Assembly: GCA_043228905.1 (NCBI GenBank)
Contig: JBHGNT010000008.1
Location: forward strand, 6,076,001 to 6,140,000
Source of the DNA: Azolla caroliniana
Taxonomy: Eukaryota; Plantae; Polypodiophyta
Length of the DNA stretch: 64,000 nucleotides
Direction of reading: 5' to 3'
Below the pieces are notes generated by a model. It was given only the letters and a program-made list of their open reading frames with translations, did no database searches and was not told the origin of the DNA. The position numbers and the translations under genes are program-made. Shown here in pieces: positions 24,699 through 37,043 of this stretch (position 1 is its first letter; each line of letters starts with the position of its first letter).

Positions 24699-27142
24699 TT
24701 TTTTTCCCCTGAAAAATATCCTTTCATTAGTTATAAACAGTTATTACAAGAACGTTGACCTACCGTCAAGCTACCCTTGGTATTTTGCACTCTTCCTTGG
24801 GTCCCCATCCCTAAAGGATAAATAGTATTAGCACTCCACCACTCCATAACCTAGTTATGTGATTGGTGGTAGGAACAACCATATTGGTGGTCATAGATTG
24901 CCCATGCGTGACATTCGTGGTATTCGACATTTGTAATATTTGCGATATTCGAGAATAGAAAACGGCCCCAAGAATATTATAAAACCATTCGTTACATATA
25001 CATGTACACACATACATATATGTATATACACACATACATCAATAATTAATTAACTCACTAATATAAAAATTAATTAATTCACTTAAACAGTAATTGATTC
25101 ACTAATACATTAATTAATTTACAAATACATATCTTAATTCATTAAAACATTAATTAGTTCATTGAAAAAGATTAGTTAATTAAATAATAATCAATTAATA
25201 CATTAATAATTATGTAAGATTAACATAGAGCATGAGAGGGAGTTGAGGACGCATGCCGAAAAGAAGAAATACGGTCGAAATTAGTATTTTCAGCCTAAAC
25301 CCTAATTTTTTGGCTCAGAACAGGATGCAAAGGGAAGAGAGGGTGTAAGCAACATGCACATGGAGTAGGGTGAGGCTTCTGTGCTTGCTACTCGATGTTC
25401 ACTTGCTCGCAGCAAAAAAACAAATTTTTATTTTTTAAATTTCAAAAAAAGAAAAGAAAACGAATACATTTACATGTATTTTTATTCCTATTCATATGCA
25501 TTCGTGGGGTAGACCCCACGAATGCGAATATTATGTCAATCTCTACTAGTGGTGCTAAGCACCACATGGGTCTTGCATTTTTTAGTGTGAGAAAAGGGGC
25601 CTTCTTCCAATAGGCGATAAATCATAAATTCGAGGCGTTGCAACACTGCAACATCTGTCTCACCTTTATTTTCATCATATCGCCCTTTCAAGGTATGCAC
25701 CATCAACATCCACACATTCTGTACACTTTCCACTGGATGAACAATAGTATTATTAAACACCTTAGAACATCCAGCAACTCCCACACCTCTTGGATTGCCT
25801 TTAACATATAAGGAGCTTCTATATGACTTCGTTGCACCAACATTATCCTTCCTCTTTGAATTCAAATAATCGTATAATGTGGACATGCATCATATGGCCA
25901 CATCATTTGTGCCATCGTAGCCCATACTACCATACCCCACGAAAAACTGCCATCCCAAAAACATAAAGGTTAGAATTTGGAACACTCGTCTCCAAACTTG
26001 TGCAACATGACATTCCCACAAGCAATGTTTCAATGTCTCCATCTGGCAACTACAATAGATGCATGCAATCGGTCCAACTGATTGTTGCAGCCACTGGCTG
26101 ACCAGTAATGCTCTATGTATTACTCGCCATTGGAAGACATTTATTTTCATATCTTATTTCCTTTCCCATAATGTCCTCCAAAACGTTGCTAAGAATTCGG
26201 ATGTGACCCATTGATGGGTCCAAAATTGACTACCTTGTGGTGTAGTCTTGCGTTGGGCTGCCAAAATGCGTCGTTCAATATTCATTGACACACCTTTTTT
26301 CCACACGGTCAAGTGGATCTTTCTACCAAAATTCCCCCGTATACCATTGCAACCTTATCAAGGGGTTCTTTTCAAAAACTCTCAATTTCCAATTCTCCTT
26401 GGATGCATTAACTTGTGGGTCAATGATCCAATAGATCCATCATAAGCAAGGATCCTTATTTTAGAGAATGTAGCATATTGCAAGATCTCTAGTTATGTCA
26501 TTGATCTACATATAACGCCATCTTCCTCTACATCATAGTCTTGAAATCGTCCTCAAGACAAATGTTCCCTTACCCCCACCATCACTTGAAGCGTGATAAA
26601 TGCCCCTCTCCACTTGGGAGGATTAAATGACCATACCATAGAGGATGAGTGCCCCAAAACCGATTACACATGGTCCCACATAATCTGCACCCCTCTCAAG
26701 GAAGAAAATAAATCTGGCCTTTCATTTATATGCAAAGTATGAAAGGATTTCCATGCATCAATGGACTCTCTTGGCCCTGCATCGAGCTTGTCCCAATCCA
26801 ATCTCATACAGGACCCCAACATGTGCCTTGACAACCAACACATATTCAGATTCCACACTAAGTGTTGTGTCAAGTATTCCTCCTCCCATGTTGATAAACC
26901 ATGTCTTGGAACCCTTTATGTGCATGCTCCCATTCTCTTAGAATACTATTAAAAAATAGTATGGTATAAAGATCCATCTTATGCTATCACTCCATAATCT
27001 ACCCATCGGCGGAGCACAATGATACAATCTTTGCCTATGCAATTGCTTCCAAGGGGCATGACTTGGTAAAAGGCTGCAAACTATTAGCCTTGCTAACAAG
27101 GCTGTGCATTGATCTAGTGGATCAATAATTCCCGGACCACCA
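24699..27142 (-). mobile_element. L1-type LINE 3' fragment, degenerate, interrupted by a Helitron-like insert
   Basis: GGPGIID motif near 27140; KINVFQWRVIHRAL...CIYC..METLKHCLWEC (25890-26150); short A tail at 24699-24705 on the minus strand. Confidence 0.75.
24808..25549 (+). mobile_element. Probable non-autonomous Helitron (742 bp)
   Basis: Inserted between A (24807) and T (25550) without TSD; 5' TC, 3' CTAG; perfect 13-bp hairpin GCATTCGTGGGGT-AG-ACCCCACGAATGC at 25498-25525. Confidence 0.6.
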
Positions 27143-27271
27143 TGTTGCTATTGAAATGGTTAGTGCGGAAGCGTGATTAAGGACCTGTCAGCGAGTCTAG
27201 CAAATAATAGAAATAGTGAAGAAGATGTGCACTGTGATAAGAATCACGAAGATGAGAGCAAATAGTTGCAT

Positions 27272-27308
<37 letters not shown>

Positions 27309-28123
27309 TGCTCAAAGAAGACTATATTACATAATGTTAACCTTCAAACTCATCTTTACAGGGTAAGTAACCCACTTATATAGTTAGGTTAGTTACTATG
27401 TGTTCACACTAGAGATACAAGGTGGGCGGAGTGGGACTTTTATCCCAACCGATTCCCCCGTAAAAGAACTACTCTGTCTACATACAACGTTATGGGGTTA
27501 TCTCCCTTGTAAGCTTAAATTATAACTTGAATTTAAACTATAATGTATGTTACAAGCTAATCGGATGGTGGTTGAGTGGGTGCGATGAATTCACCTTGCT
27601 AGGATGCTTGCCGAGTCAGTTGCTGTTCGAATAAGATAGTACTTGATTCATCTTTTCATCCCTAGGTTGTTGTCTCTTCATGTATGCAGTTTCCTGTGCT
27701 ATCCAATGGATCGTTGATATGCTTTTGGTTCCTTTGCACTTAGCTGCATCTTCAGCCTTTAGGCTGACTGGTTCCTTCGACTTCGTCTTCGCCTTTTCGA
27801 CTTCTTTGCCCATGCATTTCTTCGTCTTATCTTCTACTCTTCTTTCAACTCTCCTTTGCTCACTCGCTTGTTGTAGTCCCATATGTCCTCTTAGTGTTGA
27901 AGTGTTGTTTTGAGAGTGGCTTTGTCAGGCTATCGACGATGTTCACCTCGGTATCTACCTTTCGGACTTCGAGCTTCTTGTCAGTGACGAGCTCCCGAAT
28001 GTGATGGTACCTCACCTCAATATGGTTCTTCTTAGCATGGTATACCGGATTCTTGATGAGGTGTATTGTGCTTTGTGAGTCGCAATAGAGGGTTGGCGCC
28101 GGATGGTCGATTCGGTTCAACGT
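27143..28123 (-). mobile_element. Ty1/copia 3' remnant (RNase H + 3' LTR from 27143 to ~27510)
   Basis: LYCDSQSTIHLIKNPVYHAKKNHIEVRYHHIRE (27860-28120); LTR-like TGTTG start carrying the GTGCGGAAG motif and (GA)n. Inner LTR boundary uncertain. Confidence 0.75.
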
Positions 28124-28828
28124 TGTCGTGTCCTTCGGCTCCGGATCGTTGCGTGAGTCGGGTTGGAACCACTGAGGTTTTTGGACTAGGAGAAAGAAGA
28201 ATATGAGATAAGGCTAGTAATGAATAAGTAGAAAGAGAGGTAAGTTATGAATCTCGTGAATCCCACGAGTTTAGTGTATTTAATCAATATTTAGATAGTA
28301 AGAGACATTTTAGATGACAAAGTCGTGAATCCCATGAATATATTATATTGGTCAATTCTTACAAAATAATCAACAACCATATACATCTTTCTCTCCTTCT
28401 TATATAAGGATGGGAGAGACTAAGCATAGCTTCCTGCTTTTTCTAAAGTATTCATGCACACTAAATGTGTATGAGTTGCTTTTTCCACTATGCTTTTATT
28501 TCCTAAATATAGTGCTCATGCACGCTAGATGTGCACGAGTATTTGTTTTTTATTAGTTTATATTTTTCTTGTAAATAAAGTATTCACGCACTCTAAAAAT
28601 GCATAATTTACCTTTTAATAAAGGTAAGCATAAATAAAAGTCTTATATCTATTAAATTAGTTAATGTAATGGTAAAGTTTTGGTTTATTTACACGGAAGT
28701 ACAGGGTTCGAATCTTGCCCTATGCATGTAATAAACATTTTAATATTTTCTTTTATTTATATATATGTACTTAAATTGGATATATTATTTTTACATTTTT
28801 CACATAGTGTGCGGACTACACTACGACA
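28124..28828 (-). repeat. 3' LTR of Gypsy-A
   Basis: Homologous to 36245-37043; adjacent CTCACCCCCT (PPT on minus strand). Confidence 0.9.
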
Positions 28829-31241
28829 CTCACCCCCTCTGAACCCGCACATCCTCCGGTATGTGCCGAAGTTCCCGATGCATGTTATTCGTCTTCCTCT
28901 GTAACACTCTCTGATTCTCCCCTTATGTCGACTATGAGTTGTAGTGCACTTTCTTCGCTTTCCGTATCACCGCGATCTTTGTCCAGTTGTTCCTCGATGT
29001 TGGTCTTGTCTAGGGTTACATAGGGTTCTTCGTCAGTCTGCTTCTTGAAAATCTTCACCCGTTTCTCCACTATAGGCACCCGTAGTACTGTTCCATCCAA
29101 CTCGCATAGTTGGTAAGTTCCGTTGTCGAAAACTTTCCAAACCTCGCATGGCCCGAACCATCTTTTCACGAACTTCCGTATCGTTGTATGTTGATGATCC
29201 AGGATACTGTCATAGACAATCACCCAATCTCCTTCTTCAATCTTCTGCGGTCGTAGTCGATGCTTTGTGTCGAATCGGCTTTTGTTCCGGAATCGCGCTT
29301 CTTGTTGTCAGCATGTTGCTTCCGCTATGTCTTCTGGTCTTCCCGCTAGTTGTCGTATCCGGACCACTAGTAGTTCTTCTTGGCTCATCTCTTCCTTCCA
29401 TGACAGCACAGTCCATGTCGCAATTGCGGTTTCCGTCGGCATTACCGGTGCTTGTCCGGTCATGAGTTCAGCTGGCATAAAACCGGTCACGGAACTATGC
29501 GTCGTACGATCCACCCATAGTGCATACGGGAGCATCTGTGGCCAATCCTTCACCCTTCCGTCGCATGCTTTGGCAAGTGCTTTGACGATTGGAGTATGTC
29601 CTCGTTCGATCTTCCCGTTGGCTTCCGGATTGTATGCCGTTGTTAGTGTTAACCGAACTCCATGTTTGGTGAAGAATTCCCTAGCTTTATCAGCGTCGAG
29701 TTCTCCTCGATCCGCAATCACTTGTCCTACGCACCCGTACCTGCAAAACATTTCTTCCAAAAGAAATTGGCATACCGCAGAACACGTTTTCCTCCATAGC
29801 GCTCAACCTTCTACTTGGTTTGTGAAATCTTCCCGAGCTAACACCAAGTACTTCTTTTGTTCGATCCTGGTTGGCATGGCTACAATGTCAACCATCCATT
29901 TGAAGTTGATTGTCGGTGAGAATGTCGGATGTAACTCATCTCGGTGTCGAACCCCGGAGTAGACTTGGCATTTCTCGCAGCTTTCCGTGAACTCCGTGAC
30001 ATCTTTGTACATATTCTTCCACCAATATCTTTGCTTGATCTTCAGAAATATTGCCCATGTTCCCCGATGTCTAGCCCAATCGGATTCGTGAAATTTAGAC
30101 ATTATCTGGTTTTGTTGCTCCTTTATCTTGACTACTCGAAGTGGTATGCCATCCGGTCTTTTCGGCTCCCTCCATATTAATCCATTTTTCAAGAAGAAAT
30201 TTCGGACTTGACGCTTCTTACTTCGGATCTCGACTTTCTTCTCTTTATTGTCCGATGATTCCTCGATTTCTTGTAGCACTTTCCCGATCAGCAAGCTTTC
30301 TCCCTCGTATTCTTCTTCCTGGAATTCTCGGATTACGTTCACCCGGCATATGTGCTCCGAAGCAAAGTAGTCTTCGGAAACTTCTTCACTATTGGATTCG
30401 GTTATGTCGTCTCCGAACCGCGCCCTTGATAGCATATCCGCTACCGCGTTGTGTTCTCCGGAGATGTGTCGTACCTCCGGATTAAGTGACTTAACATATG
30501 CAATCCACCTTAGCATAGCCACATCCGGTATCGTGCAACACCGCATCATCCCGAGTATCGGAAGACAATCCGTTTCGATTAGTACTTTGGCTCCGATCAA
30601 ATAATCTCGATCTGATTTGATTGCCGACACGACTCCCCATAATTCTCTTTTGACTTGTGCATATCCGCGTTTCCTTTCGTTGAGAACCTTTGCTCCGAAT
30701 CGGATCGGATATCACAACCCATCCGAGTCGGCTTGATTGATGACCCATCCGATCCCGGTTGGACTTGTATCAACCGTTACTATGATCGGTCACTCATAGC
30801 TCAACTTCTTAACTGCTTTAGCTCTCCATAGTGTTTTCTTGAGCTTCTTCATGGCTTTGGTGTGTTCCAGTTTCCATTCGAACTTCTTCCCCTTCCGCAA
30901 TAAGTGATAGAGTGGGTCCGCAATATGTGCATAGTGCGCAATCCATATGTGATAAAATGCACAAGCTCCAAGAAACCTTCGGACTTCGGATTGTGACTCG
31001 CATACTTCTTTCATAGCTTGAATCACATCAATCTTGGTTGGTGACGGTCTTCGGCCGTAGGGTCCATATAGATGTCCGACTACCAATATTTCTTCTTGCC
31101 CGAATGCCGATTTCTCCCCGGAAAGTGTTAGGTGCACATCTTCTAACTTTCAAAGCACTTTCTCGCAATCACGAATATGGTCGACTACGAACTTTCGGCA
31201 TCCCCGATCATCCATAGTTTCATCTTTTTCTTCTACCACGC

Positions 31242-32300
31242 TGTCGTGAAGATCCGTCACTACGCGCGGATCGTGAGGCGGAACCACCGGGGTTCTGGAC
31301 CGGAAGGATTCAAGTCGGTACAAGCTTTGGCGAGAAAGTACTTAAGATAGATTGGGAAAGAGAGAAGTTGAGATTAAACGATTGAGAGAGATTGATTGAA
31401 CTTTTATCTTTGGATTTAAGAAACAAGTTACACGATCAATTTGATAACGAATTTCTTCTTCTTAATTTCATAACAAAAAAAAAACGTGTTTTTTCTCCTC
31501 CCCCTTCCTTCTTTTATAGATGCTCTCATGCATATGATGCATGTGAGGGTACAAGACATGCATAAAATGCATGCTTGCCATTTGACGCTTATGTATTACA
31601 TGTGGTGCATGATAACCATGTCACTCATTTTAGCTCTCATGTATGCGAATTTACACATAAAAGTACAATGATAGAAATATAAATTTAACTAGATGGCATG
31701 GCTTAATGGTAAGCCAATCGACTCCTAACTCGGAGGTGCAAGGTTTGAATCCTTACTTGCCCTCCTTGTATATGTATATATGTATATATATTTATATATT
31801 TATTTATCTAGTCACCGGACGCCGGTTCGTCGGATGTCATCGCCGGTTGCCGCCGGATTGCCGTCGGATGCCGGTGTCTCACTGGCGCTAGATCACCGGC
31901 TCCATCGCTGGTCCAGTTTTGGTTGGCCAAAACCCTTTACGAGTTGCTAGCCCACCTCCACTCTTAGTTCAAGTTACCTTGAACTCTCTATGCTCCACAC
32001 ATAGACACAAAGATAATATCTTTTGCTCTACCTTATATATGATGAGAGCCGTATTTGTCGTGCCTATGTGGGATATCTCACAATTTTCTCTTTTCCTTTC
32101 ACAAACTTTATACCCTCATATCTTGACATTTAGTTGTCCGTTTCTCGTGTAATAAAGTGCATTCGAAACCTCCATCATTTTGTACTTAGATATTAAATTT
32201 ATTTAAAATGTTATCTTCACAATTATTGTATTATGTGATTTATACTCGATTTTGTACGTTTTATGGGATTTTCACACTATTGCCGAAAATCTTCACGACA
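31242..32300. mobile_element. Solo LTR of a related gypsy family inserted in the RT of Gypsy-A
   Basis: 12-bp TIR TGTCGTGAAGAT...ATCTTCACGACA; 4-bp TSD ACGC; removing it restores IKGCVVEEKDETMDDRGC. Confidence 0.9.
31695..31761 (+). other. tRNA-like (Pol III A/B box) module inside LTR
   Basis: A box TGGCTTAATGG 31699-31709 in a D-like stem GGCTTA/TAAGCC; B box GGTTTGAATCC 31742-31752 in a T-like stem. Homologues at 28662-28720, 35460-35518(-) and 36689-36750. Confidence 0.65.
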
Positions 32301-33427
32301 ACGCATCCTTTTAATCGGAATGTCATCTAGGAACGACATCGTTATCTCCGGAATGCAATCTCGAAGCACCTTATTCATCGCGTTCATCATATGTACAACC
32401 GAGTTTGTCGCTCCTTGTGGTAGTGTGCACATTCAGACTAATCCTATTGGTGTCCGCATGGTAGTGATGTCTCGGCTCTCCATGGCTAGTTGGAATTGGT
32501 CATACCTCGAGTATAGGTCTCCGATGGAGTATATCGCACGGCCGGCAAATGCTTCCGCAAATTCGTCCACTATCGGACCGACTCCGGAGTTCCGGATCGT
32601 GACCTTGTTCACCGGTTGCAAGTCTTGGATAAATCGGAGTGACCCATTCTTCTTCGGAATCGTAAACCATCAATTTGAGTACGAAGCATTTGATAGCTCT
32701 AGAATCCCCATCGCCACCTTCTCCTTGAGCAAGTCGATGATTTTAGGAATATGCACCCACGGCACTGGAATCGGCTTCAGGTTCCACGACACATGGTCAA
32801 TCATGAAGATCACCATCGGCTCCACTATCTTCGGATCAACGCACCCTATCTCCTTCGATGTGAATGCAAATGCTTTCCCATGTTGTTCCAGCATCCCACA
32901 TAATCATTCTTCTTCATTTTGTAAAAGGAAACCACCTCCACCGATACGAAGTTTCTTCCGGGTCTCATCCGTGAAGGTATTTCCGATATCCACGAACTTC
33001 CGAAGTGTCGGATCTCCCGAGACTTCTTTCCTCTTTTGCTCGCTATCGGGGGGTAATGGTCTCGTGGCCGGTTTCACTTTCTTCTCCATGGTCTTGTATT
33101 TCGTGCTTACCATTGCTTCTTCTTTGCGGAGCGCATCCGGTCCCATTTTCGCAATGATCTCGTACATCTCGACAGATTCCACCGGGACTACCCGGTCTCC
33201 TTGGCTTTTATCCTCCACAAGCTCTTCAAGCTGTTGTAGCGTGCTCCCATAGAACACTTCTTCGACTACCCCCACAATTTCTTCGTCTTGTTTTATTATT
33301 GATGCCGTCCGCAACTTATCCTCTATTTTTCGGTATTCTTTCTTCTTTCCTCCGGTTACGGCCGTGTACGTAGATGCCCCATCCGGACTGATTCGTACTT
33401 GTTTTGCTCCGAGAGTTTTCTTCCTGT

Positions 33428-33491
33428 GTGGGGTATCAAGGCTTCTCAGACTATCACTTCCCCACTCCGCAACAGTCCGCTCTAAAAATCC
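33428..33491 (-). promoter_or_regulatory. Putative -1 ribosomal frameshift signal (GGATTTT + pseudoknot), Gypsy-A
   Basis: G GAT TTT TAG, then stem CGGACTGTTGC/GTGATAGTCTG with loop GTGGGG complementary to downstream CCCCAC. The -1 frame is open into the pol ORF 32904-33314. Confidence 0.8.
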
Positions 33492-35355
33492 ATCCTTGTT
33501 TGGGACAAGAGCGCTCTCTTGTTCCTTTCATGATTTGCCGGCACAGTTAGGAATTGGACGGATTTCCCTCCGCTTTGGGTCCAAATTCATGCGAAAGCCG
33601 CACCGCTATCGAGCACCTTTGTCTCCATCTGTGATGCCGTGATAAAGGGTTTCCTGAGGATCACGGAATGTGAGACCTCGTCTTGTACGAAGAAATTTTG
33701 GTCGATCTCGACATCCCTGATCTTCACCGTCACATCCGGACAAGCCGCAAATAGATCTTCCATTGCTTTAGTGGCTGCCTGGATCTTCCATCCATGGTTA
33801 GTGTTTATAGGCCCTTCCCCTTCCAATAGAACTCCTTGGACATCAAATTGATCTCTGATTCGTGATCAATCAATGCTAGCACGGGCTCTTTGATGTTGCC
33901 GATTCGGACTGGAGTCTCCGTAGTTGCACGTGCCCAGTGTGGCCTTGTGTAGTGGGAGTTTGGAATTTCGTCCTCCATTTCGGTGTCATTCATTAAAACC
34001 GTGTTCGCATTTACCCTTGGAGCATTTTCCTTCGTATTTTGTCTTTTTCTCTTCACGAGATCCACAAGAAGGTCGTGGGATATCCGAAGCAAGTTTGAAT
34101 GCCGGAATTGTTTTTCCTTTCCCCTTCCCTTGGGAGTTCCAGCTCTCCGGTGTCTTTGATGGTTTGGTCGCATCATCCGTGCACTGTCATTTTTCATCCA
34201 CATACACTTCATGCAATTGACATAGCGCATATACGCTATTCTCATCTACGGAGCACTCCCATCCCATAGCTTCCCGGATACATTCCGCGGCGCTTCGGAT
34301 TTCATCATGGTCGGCTTTCTTCGAAATTTCTAGCACTTCCGGCCAAAAAGACGCCTTTGCTCTAGATGACTCCCCCACACGTATTCCCGCGGTTGTCGCA
34401 TAATTGTTTTTCGCCGCGATCTCCTCTAGGACCTTCTTCATGCCGCCTTTTCGGAAGTTTAGTCAGAGTGGCTTCGGAGAGTCCATCGAATGGATCCGAT
34501 TTCCCTCGTAGTAGATAAGATCCCGTTGTAACGCCTCCTTGTGCTCATTACAATCCTTCCGATCATGTTCGGTGTTGTCGCACCATATGCACCGACGGTT
34601 CATATACTTGGAGCTTGTGGGACGGTCATCCGCCTTCTTCACCATCACAATTTTTAGATTCTCCATCTCCTTCAGCAACTGCTCCACTATGGTTGCGTTG
34701 ATTCCCTTCTTGGTCGTAGTCTCTCGAGCCTGCGGTTGATGGTCTTCCAATGTGGATCTCGGTTTCGGAATCGGTTTCGAAACCCTCTTTTCTTCGTTAG
34801 CAAGCCATTGCCCCCTCTTTCTGTATCATGCGATGATATCTCGCACATTATCCCATGTATCGATGAGGCCACTCTCGGTGGTCGTGTCCTCCAGAAGCAG
34901 TCCAAAGTCTTTCCTATCCCGGACGTCCATGGATCGTAGGAACATGATCACTTTGTCAGGTGCGAGGATAGCTTGATCTCTCGCGGACAACCTCTTGAAC
35001 TGATTTTCGAATGCCGAAAACACATCGAGGACCTTCATCCCTTTGTCCGGCGTTTCCACCCAATCTTCGAATCCTCTCCTCGTTGCCTTGGAGGAATCCT
35101 CGATGGCGAACGTGGTCTTTAGGGCCTCTTCAAATGCTTCCCATGTCGGATTCTGTTGTCGTATCCCGTGGATACTCCCTTGAAGACCGTCGGTCGCCAC
35201 CCGGTTGAAGGATGTCACTTGTAATCCTTCCGAAATTCCGCACCGTAGCATTTCCGCTATGTAATCTCACAAATACTGCGACACATCTTTCCCATTGAAT
35301 TGCCCGTTCCGTTGCACGAGCCGCTCTACTGCCGCCGCAATCTCCAACATCGCGC

Positions 35356-36139
35356 AGTCGTAGTGTATTTCGTACACTACGTGAAAATAATATAAAATAA
35401 CCGATTGAATAAATATGAAGAAAAAAGAAGAAAATATTAAAATAAGCATTACATGCATAGGGCAAGATTTGAACCTTGCACCTCCATGTTAATAATGTAA
35501 CGTCTCACCATTGCACTAGCATTTCATTAGTGTTAAAAAGTAGATGTTCCACATAGAAAGGTTAGTTCACCTAGGATAAACTTTAGTTAAAAGAAAACGC
35601 ATGCTAAAAGAAAAAGCTACGCATGCACATCTAGCGTGCATGAACGCTATAGTTGATAATAATAAAAAAACGCACAAGTTAGAAAAAGCATGATCACTTT
35701 AGATAAAGCATATAGTCTATCTATAGGAAAAGCATGGAGTCTATAGTTAGAGAAGAAAAAGCATGGATTGCTAAGACTCCCTCATCACTACATAAGGATG
35801 GGGAGCACAATGTAATGGGGGGGGGGGGGGGGGGTGTGAAAAACTTGGAAATTGGATATATTTCTGAAAACACCAACCAATTAATATAATCGTGGGATTC
35901 ACAAAAATAATATAATCTATACTTGTGGGATTCACAAGTTTTTTATATCTTTCTTTCAATCTAAATACATATTCTTATCTAAATACTGATTAATAAAATA
36001 TATTATACTTGTGGGATTCACAAGTTTATAATAATCTATTCATAATTAAAATTGTCTCAAATTCTTCCTCTTCCTAGTCCAAAACCCCAGCGGTTCCCAC
36101 CCGACTCACGCAAACGATCCGGAGCCGAAAGGCACAACA
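35356..36139 (+). mobile_element. Solo LTR of the Gypsy-A family inserted in opposite orientation in the gag start
   Basis: Reverse-complement homolog of 28124-28828 and 36245-37043; degenerate 4-bp TSD GCGC/ACAC; removing it restores MLQEQRAMLEIAAAVE. Confidence 0.85.
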
Positions 36140-36222
36140 ACACGTTGTTCTTGTAGCATCCGCTCAAACATCGCCATCATGTTGTTAGCCCCAGTTGATT
36201 TTCCATCTTCTTGCCACCTGGT

Positions 36223-36240
36223 TTCATGTCGGGTTCACCA
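36223..36240 (-). promoter_or_regulatory. PBS complementary to tRNA-Trp (Gypsy-A)
   Basis: TTCATGTCGGGTTCACCA matches 17/18 nt of the plant cytosolic tRNA-Trp 3' end as I recall it (TTCACGTCGGGTTCACCA). Confidence 0.8.
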
Positions 36241-36244
36241 CTTG

Positions 36245-37043
36245 TGTCGTGCCTTTCAGCGCCGGATCGTTGCGTGAGTCGGGTGGGAACCATTGGGGTT
36301 TTGAACTAGGAGAAAGAAGAATATGAGATAATGTTAGTTAGGAAGAAGTTGCAAGAAGAAGATATGAAAGTCGTGAATCCCACGAGTATAGTGTATTAAT
36401 TGATACTTAGATTGTAAGAGAGAAATTGATGGCAAAATCGTGAATCCCACAATTATTTTATATTATTCAAACCTTATAAAAATCAACAACCTATACATCT
36501 TTCTCTCTTCCTTATATAGTGTTGGACGAGTTTAAGTTTATCACATGCAAGCATCATGCTTTTCCTAACTTTCATGCACACTGATTAGCTTTCTATCCCA
36601 TGTTTTCATGAATAACTTTTTGTACCATGCATATCTAGAATATTTACATGGGATAAAGTTTAGTATAACTTTACAATTCATAACATTCTAGTGTAGTGGT
36701 AAGGCTTAAAAATCGTTAACATGGACTTACAGGGTTTGAATCCTGCCCTATGTAACAATCTTTTCTTCTATTTACAAATTTGTCTCTTCATCCGGTGAGA
36801 GACTCTCACCGGCCTTCTTTATCCAGCTCTTGCCGGTTCTACTTGATCCGATTCTTACCGGGTCTCCTTACCGGTTCCTACTTGCTGATTCCATCCTTCG
36901 TCCGGTTCTCACCAGTTCCTCCTTACCGATTCCATCCTTCATCCAGTTCTCACCGGTTCCTCCTTACCGGTTCCTCCTTGCTGGTTCCATCCGGAGGGAC
37001 AAAAAATGGAATTTTCACGTAGTGTGCGAATTACACTACGACA
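36245..37043 (-). repeat. 5' LTR of Gypsy-A, with internal ACCGGTTC-type tandem repeats (~36805-36990)
   Basis: Homologous to 28124-28828; 4 nt from the PBS. Confidence 0.9.

Larger units (their letters stand above)
28885..36180 (-). pseudogene. Disrupted gag-pro / pol of Gypsy-A
   Basis: Gag with CIWCDNTEHDRKDC knuckle; protease LIDHESEINLM; RT FLDD; RNase H; integrase VIADRGE...AYNPEANGKIERGH. Interrupted by two solo LTRs. Confidence 0.9.
28124..37043 (-). mobile_element. Ty3/gypsy element (Gypsy-A), tRNA-Trp primed, 4-bp TSD ACGT
   Basis: LTRs 28124-28828 and 36245-37043 (TGTCGT...ACGACA). PPT at 28829-28838; PBS 36223-36240; ACGT at 28120-28123 and 37044-37047. Order gag-PR-RT-RH-INT. 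Confidence 0.92.

Noticed and set aside
31695-31761. Functional tRNA gene
   Set aside because: Acceptor and anticodon stems do not pair properly and the anticodon region varies among copies; reported only as tRNA-like.
32263-33252. 329-aa plus-strand ORF
   Set aside because: Antisense shadow of gypsy pol; no recognisable motifs.
28124-36139. Element with inverted LTRs (DIRS-like)
   Set aside because: The inverted copy is a solo LTR inside gag; the true 5' LTR (36245-37043) is direct, with PBS and TSD; no tyrosine recombinase seen.
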